A stretch of DNA of 64,000 nt. It comes from Bacillota bacterium. GTDB taxonomy: Bacteria > Bacillota > Sulfobacillia > JAMCWA01. The stretch covers positions 31,081-95,080 of the forward strand of contig JAMCWA010000034.1 of NCBI GenBank assembly GCA_023475165.1, given 5' to 3'. A program made the translations under genes and the position numbers. A model generated the notes under the pieces. That model worked only from the letters and a program-made list of their open reading frames with translations. It made no database searches and had not been told where the DNA came from. Positions 27,421 to 38,586 of this stretch are shown piece by piece. How positions within the stretch are numbered: position 1 is the first letter of the stretch; every line of letters begins with the position of its first letter.

Positions 27421-28839
27421 ATGCTGGAAACCTTCAAGCTCCTGCCCCAAGGCTACCACCTGGACGATGGGCTGCTAAGTCTGGCCGCGGAGGTCCTTTC
27501 CGAGGTGAAAGGGGAGTGGGAGAAGAGGGATGAGATTACCGTCCAGAATCAAATGCGGGTTTTACGAAGCTTCCACCAAGTGGGAGTGTCAGCCACCCAC
27601 TTCTCGCCCGGCAACGGGTATGGTTATGGGGATCTCGGACGGGAGGGGATCGAGAGGGTTTTTGCCCGGGTCTTTGCCGCCGAGGCCGCCCTGGTACGCT
27701 GGCAAATGGTGTCCGGGTCCCACGCCCTGGCCACGGCCCTCTTTGGCCTGCTCCGGCCGGGGGATGAACTCCTCTCCGTTACTGGTACGCCCTATGATAC
27801 CCTGAGGGAGATTATCGGCTTTGGGCAGGCGGAGTCGACTCAGGAGAAGGTCTCACCCCCGCCGGAAGGGGAACCGAGTGCCGGGGAATGGCGGACTCAG
27901 CCGGACTTGACCGGGCAAGACCCCTCCCCACGGTCGGTCTCTCGCCCGGGGCCCCAAGACGGAGGACGCAGGCTTAATCCTGGTTCGCTGGCGGATTTCG
28001 GGGTGACCTACCGGCAAATCGCCCCGCGGATGGACGGGACCCTGGACGAGGCCGCCCTGCGGGAAGCTGTCAACCAGCGAACCCGGGTTGTCTTCCTTCA
28101 GCGGTCACGAGGCTACACCTGGACAGCCGCGAGGAATCTGGAGCAGATCAAGGACTACATCCAGAGAGTCAAGGCCATTAACCCAGGGGTTCTCTGTCTG
28201 GTAGATAATTGCTACGGGGAATTCGTGGAGACCCGTGAACCGACCCAGGTGGGAGCCGATCTGGTGGTGGGTTCCCTGATTAAGAACCCCGGAGGGGGCC
28301 TGGCCCCGACCGGCGGCTACCTGGCCGGGAGAGCCGATCTGGTTGAAGCAGCGGCAGCCCGACTCTACGCCCCGGGGTTGGGTAGCCACGTGGGTCCATC
28401 GCTGGGGGACAACCGGCTCTTCTTTCAGGGCCTTTTTCTGGCTCCCCATCTGGTAGGGGAGGCCATCAAAGGTGCCATTTTCACCGCTCGCCTCTTTGAG
28501 CGGCTCGGCTACGAGGTTTCCCCGCACTGGCAAGAGCAGCGGACCGATCTGATTCAGGCCTTGCGGCTGGGAAAGCGGGAGAGGTTGCTCTCCTTTTGCC
28601 AGGCCGTCCAGTCGGCCTCGCCCGTTGATGCCCATGTCCGGCCTGAGCCCTGGGCCATGCCGGGATACAGCGACGAGGTGATCATGGCGGCGGGAACCTT
28701 TGTTCAGGGAGCTTCCCTGGAGCTTTCTGCCGACGGTCCCCTGCGCGAGCCCTATATAGCTTACTTGCAGGGTGGACTGGTCAAGGAACAGGTAATACTG
28801 GCCGCTCTGCTGGCGGCCCAACGGTTGGGAGACCGCTGA
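27421..28839 (+). CDS. Methionine gamma-lyase-family PLP protein (YnbB / aluminium-resistance-like)
   Basis: Conserved with the YnbB-like family encoded upstream of glnA in Bacillus. It carries a roughly 50-aa P/S-rich insertion at about 27829-27985. The stop TGA lies within repeat copy 8. Confidence 0.72.
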   Translation: MLETFKLLPQGYHLDDGLLSLAAEVLSEVKGEWEKRDEITVQNQMRVLRSFHQVGVSATHFSPGNGYGYGDLGREGIERVFARVFAAEAALVRWQMVSGSHALATALFGLLRPGDELLSVTGTPYDTLREIIGFGQAESTQEKVSPPPEGEPSAGEWRTQPDLTGQDPSPRSVSRPGPQDGGRRLNPGSLADFGVTYRQIAPRMDGTLDEAALREAVNQRTRVVFLQRSRGYTWTAARNLEQIKDYIQRVKAINPGVLCLVDNCYGEFVETREPTQVGADLVVGSLIKNPGGGLAPTGGYLAGRADLVEAAAARLYAPGLGSHVGPSLGDNRLFFQGLFLAPHLVGEAIKGAIFTARLFERLGYEVSPHWQEQRTDLIQALRLGKRERLLSFCQAVQSASPVDAHVRPEPWAMPGYSDEVIMAAGTFVQGASLELSADGPLREPYIAYLQGGLVKEQVILAALLAAQRLGDR

Positions 28840-28883
28840 AAAAACCCATCTGCTGTGTCGTAATTTCGGCGCAATCCGTCAGG
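28827..28883 (-). repeat. Repeat family, boxA-type end in the glnA leader (copy 8)
   Basis: GGGAGACCGCTGAAAAAACCCATCTGCTGTGTCGTAATTTCGGCGCAATCCG. It contains the ynbB-like stop TGA. Confidence 0.65.
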
Positions 28884-28909
28884 AAGAAGTTAACAATGGA
28901 GGTGTTGTC

Positions 28910-30244
28910 ATGGGTCAGCCACTAGGCAAAGAAGACGTCCTGAAACTCTGTCAGGAGAAGCGTGTGGAGTTTTTGCACCTGCAATTCACCGACATCCTGG
29001 GTGTACTGAAGAACGTGGCCATCCCCGTCAACCAACTGGAGAAGGCCCTGGATGGCCAGCTCATGTTTGATGGGTCCTCCATCGAGGGGTTTGTCCGGAT
29101 TGAGGAGTCGGACATGTTCTTACGACCCGACCCCAACACCTTTGCCATCTTCCCGTGGAGTGATCCCCAGCATCCTGTAGGCAGGATGATTTGCGATATC
29201 TATAACCCGGATGGCACGCCCTTTGAGGGGTGTCCACGTGGTACTTTGAAAAGGGCCATAGCGGAAGCAGGCGAGATGGGGTATGCCATGTATGCCGGGC
29301 TGGAGGCCGAATTCTTTCTCTTTGAGCTGGATCAGGAGGGACGGGCGACCACCAAGAGTAACGATCAAGGCAGCTACTTTGACCTCTCCCCCTTAGACCG
29401 TGGTGAGGAAGCCCGGAAGGACATGGTCCTGGCCTTACAAAACATGGGCTTTGAAATCGAGGCGTCGCACCACGAGACGGCCCCGGCCCAGCATGAGATC
29501 GATTTCCGCTATGCCGACGCCGTTGCTGCCGCTGACAACGTGGCCACTCTCCGCTTTGTCGTCCGGTTGATCGCCAAGAACCACGGTCTGCACGCCACTT
29601 TCATGCCCAAGCCTCTGTTTGGGGTGAACGGTTCCGGCATGCACACCCACCAATCCCTTTTCCGGTACGGAGAAAACGCCTTCTACGATCCCAAGGCACC
29701 CTTGGAACTTAGCAGTACCGCCCTCTATTACATCGGGGGGCTGATGCGTCACGCCCAGGGTTTTACCGCCATCACCAACCCGCTGGTCAACTCATACAAA
29801 CGGTTGGTCCCAGGATTTGAGGCCCCCGTCTACGTGGCCTGGTCGGAACGCAACCGTAGCCCCCTCATCCGGATCCCTGTTCGCCGTGGCGTGGGGACTA
29901 GAATTGAACTGCGCAGTCCCGATTCCGCCGGGAACCCTTACCTGGGCCTGGCCGTAATGTTAAAGGCCGGCCTGGATGGAATAAGAAATCGAATCATGCC
30001 TCCGCCACCGGTCAACCGCAATATCTACCGCATGACGGCGGCGGAAAGACAGGAGTTGGGGATCGGCAACCTGCCAGCCAACCTGGGAGAGGCCCTGGAG
30101 GAATTGAAAAAAGATGCCATCATCCGGGAAGCCTTGGGGGACCACATCTTTGAGCACTTTGTTGAGGCCAAGGAAATCGAGTGGGACATCTACCGGACCC
30201 AAATCCACCAGTGGGAGATTGACCAGTATCTCTGGTTATTCTAA
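28910..30244 (+). CDS. glnA: Glutamine synthetase type I
   Basis: N-terminal beta-grasp ([21 protein letters not shown]) and the full catalytic domain. SD is GGAGGTG. Confidence 0.92.
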   Translation: MGQPLGKEDVLKLCQEKRVEFLHLQFTDILGVLKNVAIPVNQLEKALDGQLMFDGSSIEGFVRIEESDMFLRPDPNTFAIFPWSDPQHPVGRMICDIYNPDGTPFEGCPRGTLKRAIAEAGEMGYAMYAGLEAEFFLFELDQEGRATTKSNDQGSYFDLSPLDRGEEARKDMVLALQNMGFEIEASHHETAPAQHEIDFRYADAVAAADNVATLRFVVRLIAKNHGLHATFMPKPLFGVNGSGMHTHQSLFRYGENAFYDPKAPLELSSTALYYIGGLMRHAQGFTAITNPLVNSYKRLVPGFEAPVYVAWSERNRSPLIRIPVRRGVGTRIELRSPDSAGNPYLGLAVMLKAGLDGIRNRIMPPPPVNRNIYRMTAAERQELGIGNLPANLGEALEELKKDAIIREALGDHIFEHFVEAKEIEWDIYRTQIHQWEIDQYLWLF

Positions 30245-30330
30245 GAATCTGCCAGGCGGCGCGCCTGACGCCGTCTGAAAGAGTCAGGCTGGCGCAAAGT
30301 TGATCAGATCCTTCCAGCCCACCAGGCCCA

Positions 30331-30628
30331 GGAGACCGTTGAAAAACTTCCATCCGCGGTGTGGCGCAATCTGTAAAAAAGAACCTCTTTATTAAAGGGG
30401 CGTCACTATGGCAGATTGTCGCTCCGGCGGCTCCTCGCTCAACGTACCCCCAGTACGCCTCGCTTCGGAGCCTTGTCGCTCCTAGTATCTGGACTGGATT
30501 TGAGGTCTTGGCCTAACGATTGGGCTAAAGCCGCCTGAAGAACGTTTATTGTCAAGCCTTTTATAGATTATGCCGGCTTTGCTCGGGCGGGTCAACCACT
30601 CAAAACGCAGTTCGTCAGCTCTCTCCTG
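30331..30628 (-). repeat. Repeat family, full-length copy in inverted orientation (copy 9)
   Basis: Reverse complement is colinear with copy 1 across all modules (boxA ... module C GGAGCGACAAGGCTCCG... boxB ending CGCAGTTCGTCAGCTCTCTCC). Confidence 0.85.
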
Positions 30629-30799
30629 GGTCGGTGTCTTCTCCGCGACCGGCGCCCAGCGCACCGCGGCTCAGCTTCAGCCCGCCGGACGGCACCGCGC
30701 GGACTCTCCATCCCTGGAGAGCCTCGCTTCCCCGGGGGGCGGTGCCGGGCTCGATCGAAATCGGCTCATACGACATCGACCCAGGCCGGGCTGAAGTTT

Positions 30800-31408
30800 T
30801 CAATGGATGACGCGGTATAGTCCAATAACCTTGCCCAGAATTCGTACAAACTCCGCCAGAATGGGTTCCATATGGGGATTTTCAGGCTGTAATCGGATGT
30901 GGTCCTTTTCCTTGAAAAAACGTTTTACCGTGGCTTCATCTTCCAGGAGGGCCACGACGATCTCCCCGTTAAGGGCGGTGGGTTGTTGCTGGACCAAAAC
31001 GTAATCGCCGTTCAGGATCCCCGCTCCGATCATGCTCTCACCCTGAACCCTAAGCAGAAAGACCTCGCCCTCTCCGGTGAGTTCCTGGGGGAGGGGTAGA
31101 TAGTCCTCCACGTTTTGCTCCGCCAAAATGGGCTGACCCGCCGTCACCCGTCCCACCAGTGGTACGCTTCTGACGTTTTTGTCCGCCTTTGGGGCACCAT
31201 CCAGGACTTCAATGGCCCTGGGCTTACTAGGGTCGCGCCGGATCAACCCCCTGGCCTCCAGGCGCCTCAGGTGACCATGGACGGTGGAACTTGAGTTAAG
31301 ACCCATAGCGGCACCAATCTCCCGGACCGACGGGGGATAGCCTTTCTTTCTGACTTCCTCCTTAATGAAATGAAGAATCTGCTTTTGCCGGAGGGAAAGC
31401 TCTCTCAT
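30800..31408 (-). CDS. lexA: LexA repressor
   Basis: N-terminal wHTH ([29 protein letters not shown]), the Ala-Gly cleavage region, and S24 peptidase Ser/Lys (GESMIGAGI...KRF). Confidence 0.9.
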   Translation of the reverse strand: MRELSLRQKQILHFIKEEVRKKGYPPSVREIGAAMGLNSSSTVHGHLRRLEARGLIRRDPSKPRAIEVLDGAPKADKNVRSVPLVGRVTAGQPILAEQNVEDYLPLPQELTGEGEVFLLRVQGESMIGAGILNGDYVLVQQQPTALNGEIVVALLEDEATVKRFFKEKDHIRLQPENPHMEPILAEFVRILGKVIGLYRVIH

Positions 31409-31467
31409 TGCGTTATTCCTCCTCGTGGCCCCATTCCGTTGTCGAAAGTGTTCGATTCACCTTCGCT

Positions 31468-31496
31468 ATTGTACCATCTTTTGGCACCTTTGTCAA
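31468..31496 (-). promoter_or_regulatory. lexA promoter (TTGACA, 17 nt, TACAAT on the minus strand)
   Basis: Minus-strand reading is TTGACAaaggtgccaaaagatggTACAAT. The downstream CGAACACTTTCG is only a partial Cheo-box. Confidence 0.55.
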
Positions 31497-31642
31497 ACTG
31501 GCGTTCGAACAAGAATTAACGGCAGATTTTAATACCTAGGGGGTATGACGAGAAGCAAGAGTGAGCTTCACCGAGGAATATCGGGGAAACGGCCACTTTT
31601 CCCCATTTTTCCTGCGATTATCTTTGCACCGAAGAAAAAACC

Positions 31643-31670
31643 TTGACAGGGGGAAAGAATCTGTTACAAT
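31643..31670 (+). promoter_or_regulatory. speH promoter (TTGACA, 16 nt, TACAAT), divergent from lexA
   Basis: ccTTGACAgggggaaagaatctgtTACAATtgg. Confidence 0.55.
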
Positions 31671-31751
31671 TGGATGTGATTGAAATTCGGGCCGCTTCCT
31701 GCGGGTTTGCCACGCGGCCTGATTTACAGCAAAAAGGGGGTTGATAATGAG

Positions 31752-32126
31752 ATGAATGCTTTGGGGCGGCATTTACTATCTGAGGTCTACGGCTGCACCG
31801 CCGGCGTCCTCAACGATCCAGAAAGGATCGAAAAGATCATGGTTAATGCGGCTCTGAAAGCCGGAGCAGAAATCCGCGAAGTGAGCTTCCACCAGTTCAG
31901 CCCTCAAGGTGTCAGTGGTGTGGTGATCATTTCCGAATCCCATCTGGCCGTTCACACCTGGCCAGAGCTGGGATATGCTGCCGTCGACGTTTTTACCTGT
32001 GGTGATGATGTGGATCCCTGGATTGCCTTAAACCAGATCGTCAAGGAATTTGGCGCCAGGAACATGACGGCTACAGAAACCAAGCGGGGCATTTTTGAAA
32101 CGGAGTCACAAGCCGCGGGTTCTTAA
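31752..32126 (+). CDS. speH: S-adenosylmethionine decarboxylase proenzyme (class 1B)
   Basis: MNALGRHLLSEVYGC...ESHLAVHTWPE...VDVFTCG. A consensus sigma-A promoter lies upstream and a terminator downstream. Confidence 0.85.
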   Translation: MNALGRHLLSEVYGCTAGVLNDPERIEKIMVNAALKAGAEIREVSFHQFSPQGVSGVVIISESHLAVHTWPELGYAAVDVFTCGDDVDPWIALNQIVKEFGARNMTATETKRGIFETESQAAGS

Positions 32127-32237
32127 TCCAGGGCAGTACGAGCCGCTCGTAAACTGCTACCTTAATGGGAGGTGCTGTGTTTATTTTACGGCGAAAGATT
32201 CTAGCCAAGAGAAAGAGGAAAAAGACCAAAACTGGTG

Positions 32238-32290
32238 GCCCTACGGTAATTAGTGGATAGAGATCCATACCGTAGGGCAAATCTTTTTTA
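32238..32290 (+). terminator. Rho-independent terminator after speH
   Basis: GCCCTACGGTA-loop-TACCGTAGGGC followed by aaaTCTTTTTT. A second small hairpin (CCTGCCgacacaGGCAGG then ATTTTGG) follows. Confidence 0.6.
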
Positions 32291-32373
32291 GGATTCCTGC
32301 CGACACAGGCAGGATTTTGGCGCGCCCTTGCTGAATGGAAAAATGACTCGAATAGTGCGAGGGTAGGAGGTTG

Positions 32374-33450
32374 ATGGTAGTGGATGAGACTTTGCGGTTG
32401 TTGCAGGACCTGACGGACGCCGCGGGGGTCCCAGGGTTTGAGGATGAGGTCCGTGGTGTCATCAGGCGGTATCTAGAGCCCTTGGCCGAGGTAGAGGTGG
32501 ATCGTCTCGGCAGCATCATTGGCCGCAAGAAGGGGAGTGCCGAAAGCCCGCGTATCATGCTCTCTGGTCACATGGACGAGATCGGTTTCATGGTCACCTA
32601 TATTACTAAAGAAGGCTACATAAAATTTCAAACCCTGGGCGGCTGGTGGGAACAGGTGATGCTGGCTCAACGGGTGATCATCAAGACCCGCCAGGGTGAC
32701 GTCCCGGGACTCATCGGCTCTAAACCCCCCCACATCCTGGGTCCGGAAGAGCGGAAAAAGATGGTGGAAAAGAAAGACATGTTCATCGATGTCGGGGCCT
32801 CCAGCGACGAAGAGGTTAAGGCCTTCGGGATTCGCCCCGGTGATCCGGTGATCCCGGACAGTCCCTTTGCCACCATGAAGAATGGAAAACTGATCATGGC
32901 CAAGGCCTGGGATGATCGCTTGGGTTGCGCCATCTTCCTGGAGGTGTTGAAGCGACTGCAAGGAGTGGACCATCCCAACACGGTCTACGGGGTGGGAAGC
33001 GTGCAAGAAGAGGTGGGTCTGCGGGGAGCCACCACCAGCTCAGAAGTGGTCGATCCCGATGTGGGCTTTGCCCTGGAGGTGGGGATCGCTGGTGATATGC
33101 CCGGCGTCAGGCCCGAAGAATCCCAGGAGAAACTGGGGAAGGGACCGACGATTCTGCTTTACGATGCCAGCATGGTCCCTCACCGTCGCCTGCGGGACCT
33201 GGTGATAGAGACGGCGGAAAGCAACGGCATCCCCTATCAGTTTAATGCCATGGCCGGGGGTGGAACCGATGCCGGGCGCATTCACGTCCATGGGCGTGGC
33301 GTCCCCAGCCTGGTAATCGGTGTACCCACCAGGTACATCCATAGCCACACCGGCGTTATCAACCGCGATGATTACGAGGGGGCCGTACGCCTGATGGTGG
33401 AGGTCATCAAGCGTCTGGACCAGGCCACGGTGCGGGGCCTGGTGGGGTAA
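32374..33450 (+). CDS. M42-family aminopeptidase (YsdC/FrvX-like)
   Basis: Near end-to-end colinearity with the M42 family ([34 protein letters not shown]). TTG 32371 and ATG 32374 are alternative starts. Confidence 0.8.
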   Translation: MVVDETLRLLQDLTDAAGVPGFEDEVRGVIRRYLEPLAEVEVDRLGSIIGRKKGSAESPRIMLSGHMDEIGFMVTYITKEGYIKFQTLGGWWEQVMLAQRVIIKTRQGDVPGLIGSKPPHILGPEERKKMVEKKDMFIDVGASSDEEVKAFGIRPGDPVIPDSPFATMKNGKLIMAKAWDDRLGCAIFLEVLKRLQGVDHPNTVYGVGSVQEEVGLRGATTSSEVVDPDVGFALEVGIAGDMPGVRPEESQEKLGKGPTILLYDASMVPHRRLRDLVIETAESNGIPYQFNAMAGGGTDAGRIHVHGRGVPSLVIGVPTRYIHSHTGVINRDDYEGAVRLMVEVIKRLDQATVRGLVG

Positions 33451-33481
33451 GAAAGGCTGGAAGCGGGAGGGTTTGTTGCAG

Positions 33482-33934
33482 ATGGAAAGAAGTTTTGTCA
33501 TGGTCAAACCCGATGGTGTCCAACGCGGGTTGGTAAACGAAGTGATCGGGCGTTTGGAGCGTAAAGGTCTCAAGCTGGTAGCCTTGAAGCTGATGCGGAT
33601 TTCTCCAGAACTGGCTGAGCGCCACTATGAAGCCCACAGGGGTAAACCCTTCTTCCCCGGTCTGGTAGATTTCATTACCTCCGGACCGGTGGTAGCCATG
33701 GTCTGGGAAGGAAAGAAGGCTGTGGGCATTGTCCGCTCCCTGATGGGTGCCACTGACCCCAGCGTCGCCGCTCCAGGAACCATACGCGGAGACCTGGCCA
33801 GCGACATCGGTAACAACGTGGTGCATGGGTCCGACTCGCCCGAGTCGGCCGAACGAGAGATTGGCCTCTTTTTTGCCCCCGAGGAGGTCCTGTCCTACGA
33901 ATTGAGCAATAACCCCTGGGTCTACGGGGGATAG
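33482..33934 (+). CDS. ndk: Nucleoside diphosphate kinase
   Basis: [18 protein letters not shown]...NVVHGSDS; catalytic His present. Confidence 0.9.
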   Translation: MERSFVMVKPDGVQRGLVNEVIGRLERKGLKLVALKLMRISPELAERHYEAHRGKPFFPGLVDFITSGPVVAMVWEGKKAVGIVRSLMGATDPSVAAPGTIRGDLASDIGNNVVHGSDSPESAEREIGLFFAPEEVLSYELSNNPWVYGG

Positions 33935-34071
33935 AGGCAGAACTGCTGAAGAGCGGCCTTTCCCGCTAAGAAAATGGCGGCGTTTGCCGGATACCCTCCT
34001 GGTCCCGGTCATTCGATAAATGGCGGAGGGCCTCCGATTCTTGCCTGATCTGCGACAGCGAAGGAAGGAAA

Positions 34072-35124
34072 ATGAGCCTACTGCCCGTCGACAGACTAGT
34101 CTTGATTCTCCTTTCCCTGGGACTGGTCCTGGGACTCTACGGCTTCCTGGTAGAGCCCGGGCGGATTCGGATCAAGAGGAAAGACTATCGGCTGGAACAA
34201 CTTCCTCCGGGGAAAAGCCTGAAAATCATTCACCTTTCTGATCTCCACGGTCGTCTGACCTTTGGGCCAATCCGGGATTTGACAAAGTGGATTAATGCAG
34301 AACAGACAGACCTGATTGCTGTTACCGGCGACCTCGTCAGCCGAAAACGGGATATCGGCCCGATGGTGACGTTATTGAGCACCTTTCGCGCCCGCTACGG
34401 GGTCTTCTTTGTCGCGGGCAACCATGACCACGCCGCTCGCGGGACGGGACCAGGCGCGCGCTGGTTAAAAGCGGATCTGGAAAAGGTCGGGGTTACGGTC
34501 CTCGACAATACCGGGAGAAGGCTTGACCTCGGCCAGCTGGATCAGCCTGCCCCTGACGCCCCCAACGGCGCCAGGACGGCTGCTCAGGAAGACCTTGAAG
34601 ACAGGCCGCCCCCCTTTGCCTGCGCCGGCGGTTCCCGCCCAAGTCTTGACCCCGGTTCAGATCCGGCCATAAGCCCGACCTTGAGTCCTGGCTCTGGTTC
34701 ATGGTCTTTTCCGCCGCAGGTGTCGGCTCCCCGTGGGAGGCAAAGCCTATATCTTCTGGGGGTCGATGACCCCGTCAGCGGCCGTGCCGAATTGGGCCAG
34801 GCTGTAGCCGGTTGTCCACCGGGAAGCTTAAAGATTCTTCTCGCCCACAGTCCAGACGTGGTTGATGACGCTTCGACAAATGGTATCAGCGTCGTCCTGG
34901 CCGGTCACACGCACGGCGGGCAGGTGTGTTGTCCCTTTTTAGGGGCCATCGTCACGGGCTCTCGCTTCGGACGGCGCTTTGCCCGGGGCGAGTACCAGGT
35001 CCGTCAGACCCTTTTGTTGATTAATCGCGGACTCGGGACCACCCTTCTCCCGCTCCGGCTTTTCTGCCCGCCGGAGATTGGGGTCTATTGTTTTCGGGGG
35101 GAGGAAGCTGGGAGAGGCATCTGA
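34072..35124 (+). CDS. Membrane-anchored calcineurin-like metallophosphoesterase (YkuE-like)
   Basis: Motifs HLSDLHG, GDLV and GNHDH...GHTHGGQ. It contains a roughly 65-aa P/S/G-rich insertion at about 34534-34738. Confidence 0.7.
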   Translation: MSLLPVDRLVLILLSLGLVLGLYGFLVEPGRIRIKRKDYRLEQLPPGKSLKIIHLSDLHGRLTFGPIRDLTKWINAEQTDLIAVTGDLVSRKRDIGPMVTLLSTFRARYGVFFVAGNHDHAARGTGPGARWLKADLEKVGVTVLDNTGRRLDLGQLDQPAPDAPNGARTAAQEDLEDRPPPFACAGGSRPSLDPGSDPAISPTLSPGSGSWSFPPQVSAPRGRQSLYLLGVDDPVSGRAELGQAVAGCPPGSLKILLAHSPDVVDDASTNGISVVLAGHTHGGQVCCPFLGAIVTGSRFGRRFARGEYQVRQTLLLINRGLGTTLLPLRLFCPPEIGVYCFRGEEAGRGI

Positions 35125-35198
35125 TCCAAGAGGCTGCGGACGAACCTCTCTTTTCCTATTTTGCGGCGGATAAATCTGAGCGGAGGCTTGGTTAAGCT

Positions 35199-36155
35199 AT
35201 GAGTACACTTTACCGTTACTATCAGGCAACGGACGAGGGGGCCCTGGTCCGACTTTGGAATCTCTGTCTGCCGCAGGACCCCGTCAACCAGGAGAACTTC
35301 CGGCACAAGGTCCTCTTTGATCCCAATTTGAACCGGGAGGGGTTTTGGGTGGCGGAAGAGGGTGGACATCTGGTTGGGGCCGGGCTGGGTTTGGTGCGCC
35401 GGGCACCCCTGGGTGACCTGGGGCTGGAGCCGGAGCGAGGCTGGATATCCTTCCTCTTTGTCCATCCCGAGTTCCGCCGGCTGGGGATCGGCAGGACCCT
35501 GCTCCAGCGGCTGATGGACTTCTTCCGGGCCCGCCAACGCCGACTGGTTCAGGTGGTGGGTTATGCCCCTTATTACTTTTTCCCTGGGGTCGATCCCCAG
35601 GCCTACCCGGCGGGCCTGTCCTTTTTCAAGGCAAGCGGTTTCGCCAAGGCTTTTGAAGCCGTGGCCATGGCCAGGAGCCTGGAGGGGTTTTTGGTACCGG
35701 AGGAAGTCCGGGAGCGCACTCGCCAGCTTCGCCAGGAGGGCTTTGAGGTCGGTTTCTGGCGACCGGAAGATACCTTGCCACTCTTGGAGTTTGCCCGCCG
35801 GGAGTTTCCCGGGTGGTATCCCTCGGTCCTGGACGGCTTGCAGCGGGGTTTGGGCCACAAGATCGTGGTGGCCAGGCAGGGCCAGGAGATTGTGGGTTTC
35901 ACCCAGTGGGAGAACTCCTACAACGACCCGCCGCAGGGGGCAGCGGGTCGCTTTGGGCCCTTTGGGGTCAGCCCGGCCCTCCGGAGCCGGGGCCTGGGTG
36001 CTGTCATCTTTTACCACCTGGTGGAGGCGGTACGTCAACAGGGGGCCCGGTACCTGTGGTTGGGTTGGGCGGGGGGCCGCAATGTCAACTTCTACCTCCG
36101 CGCCGGTCTGCAGGTAACGCGACGCTACGAGATACTGAAGCGGGAGCTGACCTGA
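35199..36155 (+). CDS. GNAT-family N-acetyltransferase (tandem GNAT domains)
   Basis: Two acetyl-CoA-binding motifs (RRLGIGRTLL and RSRGLGAVIF). A terminator follows. Confidence 0.7.
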   Translation: MSTLYRYYQATDEGALVRLWNLCLPQDPVNQENFRHKVLFDPNLNREGFWVAEEGGHLVGAGLGLVRRAPLGDLGLEPERGWISFLFVHPEFRRLGIGRTLLQRLMDFFRARQRRLVQVVGYAPYYFFPGVDPQAYPAGLSFFKASGFAKAFEAVAMARSLEGFLVPEEVRERTRQLRQEGFEVGFWRPEDTLPLLEFARREFPGWYPSVLDGLQRGLGHKIVVARQGQEIVGFTQWENSYNDPPQGAAGRFGPFGVSPALRSRGLGAVIFYHLVEAVRQQGARYLWLGWAGGRNVNFYLRAGLQVTRRYEILKRELT

Positions 36156-36213
36156 GGGAAGTGCAAGGAGTTTCTGGCGTTTAGCCGTCACCCCCCACCG
36201 ATTGCGGGGAAAA

Positions 36214-36256
36214 AGGAGCCTGTAGACCATCGACAGGCTCCTTTCCGCTTTTTGTC
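36214..36256 (+). terminator. Rho-independent terminator after the GNAT gene
   Basis: AGGAGCCTGT-agaccatcg-ACAGGCTCCT followed by TTCCGCTTTTTGT. Confidence 0.65.
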
Positions 36257-36529
36257 TCCTCGTATAAATGTTAGAGACCTCTTTCCGGGCTTGCGGAGCA
36301 ACCGTAAGTAATGAGCCGGGCCCAAAGAGGCAACTCACTGGTTCGGGCCTCCACTTCCAATTTAGACAACTCCCCTGCGGGTATGCCGGCCTCCCGTGGC
36401 GCCTGTCGGGGTCTTGTTTTATATTTGGTCTGATGAAAACAGATTGCCTAAACCACCTATGAGAAGTTATACTGAGGATATGGGATTCCCTGCAGGAATT
36501 CCCAGCTGGAAACAAAGGGGGATGGACAG

Positions 36530-37234
36530 TTGGACAGACAACAACATATCGTGGCCATCGGAGCCCACACCGGCGACATGGAGCTCACCGCCGGAGCTGT
36601 GCTGGCTAAGTACAGCCAGGCCGGCCACCGGGTAACCGTGGTCTCCCTTACACCGGGAGAAAAGGGGCACCCCCGTCTGGAGCCCGAGGAGTACGCCCTG
36701 CAGAAAACCAGGGAGGGGCAGGCGGCCGCCGCCATCCTGGGGGCTGAGGCCGTCTTTTTGCCCTTTCGGGACGCCGAGCTTCCGGTGAACGAAGGAAGCG
36801 TTTCCCAGGTGGCCAACCTGATTCGCCAGCTCAAACCGGACATCCTCATTACCCATTGGCAAGAGAGCATTCACCGCGATCATATCGCCACCCACCAGAT
36901 TGTCCGGGAGGCCCGCTTTTACGCCGGACTGAAGACGATAAAGGGCGACTGGCCCGCCCATTGGGTTAGACAGCTCTATTACGCCGATAACTGGGAGGAC
37001 GCCCGGGGCTTCTCTCCTGAGGTCTTTATCGATATCGCTTCCGTTCGCGACCGGTGGATCCGGGCCATGGAGGAATTCGCTTTCGCCCGTGGCGAGACAT
37101 CACGTTTTCCCTATATTGAGTATTACAAGGCGCTGACGGTGGTGCGGGGCGCTCCCGCCGGCTTTACCTATGCCCAGGCCTTCGCCGTTCCGCCCGGCTC
37201 GCTGACCCAACGGTTGGCGTTTTTCCCGGCGTGA
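36530..37234 (+). CDS. PIG-L/LmbE-family N-acetylglucosaminyl deacetylase
   Basis: IVAIGAHTGDMELTAGAVL...HRDH motif. TTG start with an AAGGGGGA SD. Probably operonic with the downstream MFS gene. Confidence 0.7.
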   Translation: MDRQQHIVAIGAHTGDMELTAGAVLAKYSQAGHRVTVVSLTPGEKGHPRLEPEEYALQKTREGQAAAAILGAEAVFLPFRDAELPVNEGSVSQVANLIRQLKPDILITHWQESIHRDHIATHQIVREARFYAGLKTIKGDWPAHWVRQLYYADNWEDARGFSPEVFIDIASVRDRWIRAMEEFAFARGETSRFPYIEYYKALTVVRGAPAGFTYAQAFAVPPGSLTQRLAFFPA

Positions 37235-37308
37235 CTGGACTAGCATCCCCGCGGCTGGCACGTCGTAAAAGCCTGTTTTCCCAATCTTTCTGTCCGGGAG
37301 TAGATTTG

Positions 37309-38586
37309 ATGAAAGCCTTCGGTGAATACGCCAGAGCCGTCACAAATCTCGGCCCTCACGCCTGGAGGTTTCTCCTTTTCTCCACATTTAGCAGCGTGGG
37401 CTGGAGCATGTTTAATCTCAATTTCAACCTTTATCTCTATGCCCTGGGGTACAAGCAGGACTTCATCGGTATTCTGAACGGATTACCTTCCCTGGCTATT
37501 TTGGCTCTGGGACTACCCATTGGGATGATGGCCGACCGAAAAGGTTATGTGAAGTTTCTGGTCGCCGGCGCCGTGCTGACGACGTTGTCTTCCCTCGGTC
37601 TGGCCCTGAGCGTCACCCGGTCCGCCCTCCTGCTTTACTCCTTCTTAAGTGGTCTGGCCGGGGCCGCCTCCTGGGTCGTTGGGGCACCGTTCCTGATGTC
37701 CATCAGCAAACCCGAAGAACGTGTCTACCTGTTCTCGGTACAGTCCGCCATCATGATGGGTACAGGCTTTTTTGGGAGTCTTCTGGCCGGTGCGGTGCCG
37801 GATTATTTAGCTGGTCGTTGGGGTGTTTCCAGTACGGCCGTTATGCCTTTGCGGGTGGCGCTCCTAATCAATGTACTCTTCGCTCTCCTTGGCACGTTGA
37901 CACTATTAGGTATGAAGGAGAGCAAGCCGGGCGCATCCGCCGCCCCTGGCCAGAGGACGACCCACCCATTGCCCCGTACTGGGAAGGAAATGGTTCTTTT
38001 TATCAAGCTCCTTGGGCCCCAAGCCATGGTCGCTTTGGGAGCCGGGGCTATGGTGACCTTTTTTCAACTGTTCTTCAACCTGAGGTTTGGCATGGAACCA
38101 GGTAAAATCGGGACTGTCTTCGCCTTTTCCTCCGTCACGACCATGTTAGCTACTTTAGTGGCGCCCCTGCTGTCCGGGCGGCTGGGAAGGGTGCGTACCG
38201 TAGTCGTGACAGAGCTGCTGTCAATACCCTTTCTGCTGACCCTGGCCTACTCGGCCAATGTCGGAATGGTTGTTTCCTCTTACTACCTTCGCACTGCCCT
38301 CATGAATATGGCCGGCCCCATCCAGCAAACCTTCGTCCTGGAGCAGGTGGACGAGAGGCAAAGGGCCACCCTGACCAGCCTGGGCGCCATGTTGGGAAGC
38401 CTCGGCCGCGGTGGCATCGGTCCCATCATCAGCGGTTACCTGCAGGTGGTCTCTGGCTTCAGCCTGGCCTTCACCTTCACTACCATCTGCTATGTCATTG
38501 GGGCCCTGCTCTTCTGGTTCTTCTTCCGGAGGGCTGATGGGGCACCGCCGGCTTCCCTCAGGCTTGCCAGCAAAACCTTGGTTTAA
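37309..38586 (+). CDS. MFS transporter
   Basis: Twelve-TM MFS topology with a GLPIGMMADRKG loop. ATG 37309 has a GGGAG SD. Confidence 0.7.
   Translation: MKAFGEYARAVTNLGPHAWRFLLFSTFSSVGWSMFNLNFNLYLYALGYKQDFIGILNGLPSLAILALGLPIGMMADRKGYVKFLVAGAVLTTLSSLGLALSVTRSALLLYSFLSGLAGAASWVVGAPFLMSISKPEERVYLFSVQSAIMMGTGFFGSLLAGAVPDYLAGRWGVSSTAVMPLRVALLINVLFALLGTLTLLGMKESKPGASAAPGQRTTHPLPRTGKEMVLFIKLLGPQAMVALGAGAMVTFFQLFFNLRFGMEPGKIGTVFAFSSVTTMLATLVAPLLSGRLGRVRTVVVTELLSIPFLLTLAYSANVGMVVSSYYLRTALMNMAGPIQQTFVLEQVDERQRATLTSLGAMLGSLGRGGIGPIISGYLQVVSGFSLAFTFTTICYVIGALLFWFFFRRADGAPPASLRLASKTLV

Noticed and set aside
31436-31514. LexA autoregulatory box at the lexA promoter
   Set aside because: Only partial or non-canonical matches (CGAACACTTTCG; GTTCGAAC). 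Not called as an operator.
35085-36515. 476-aa ORF on the minus strand
   Set aside because: Fully antisense to the well-supported GNAT gene. Low-complexity R/P/G-rich translation typical of spurious ORFs in high-GC DNA. No SD.
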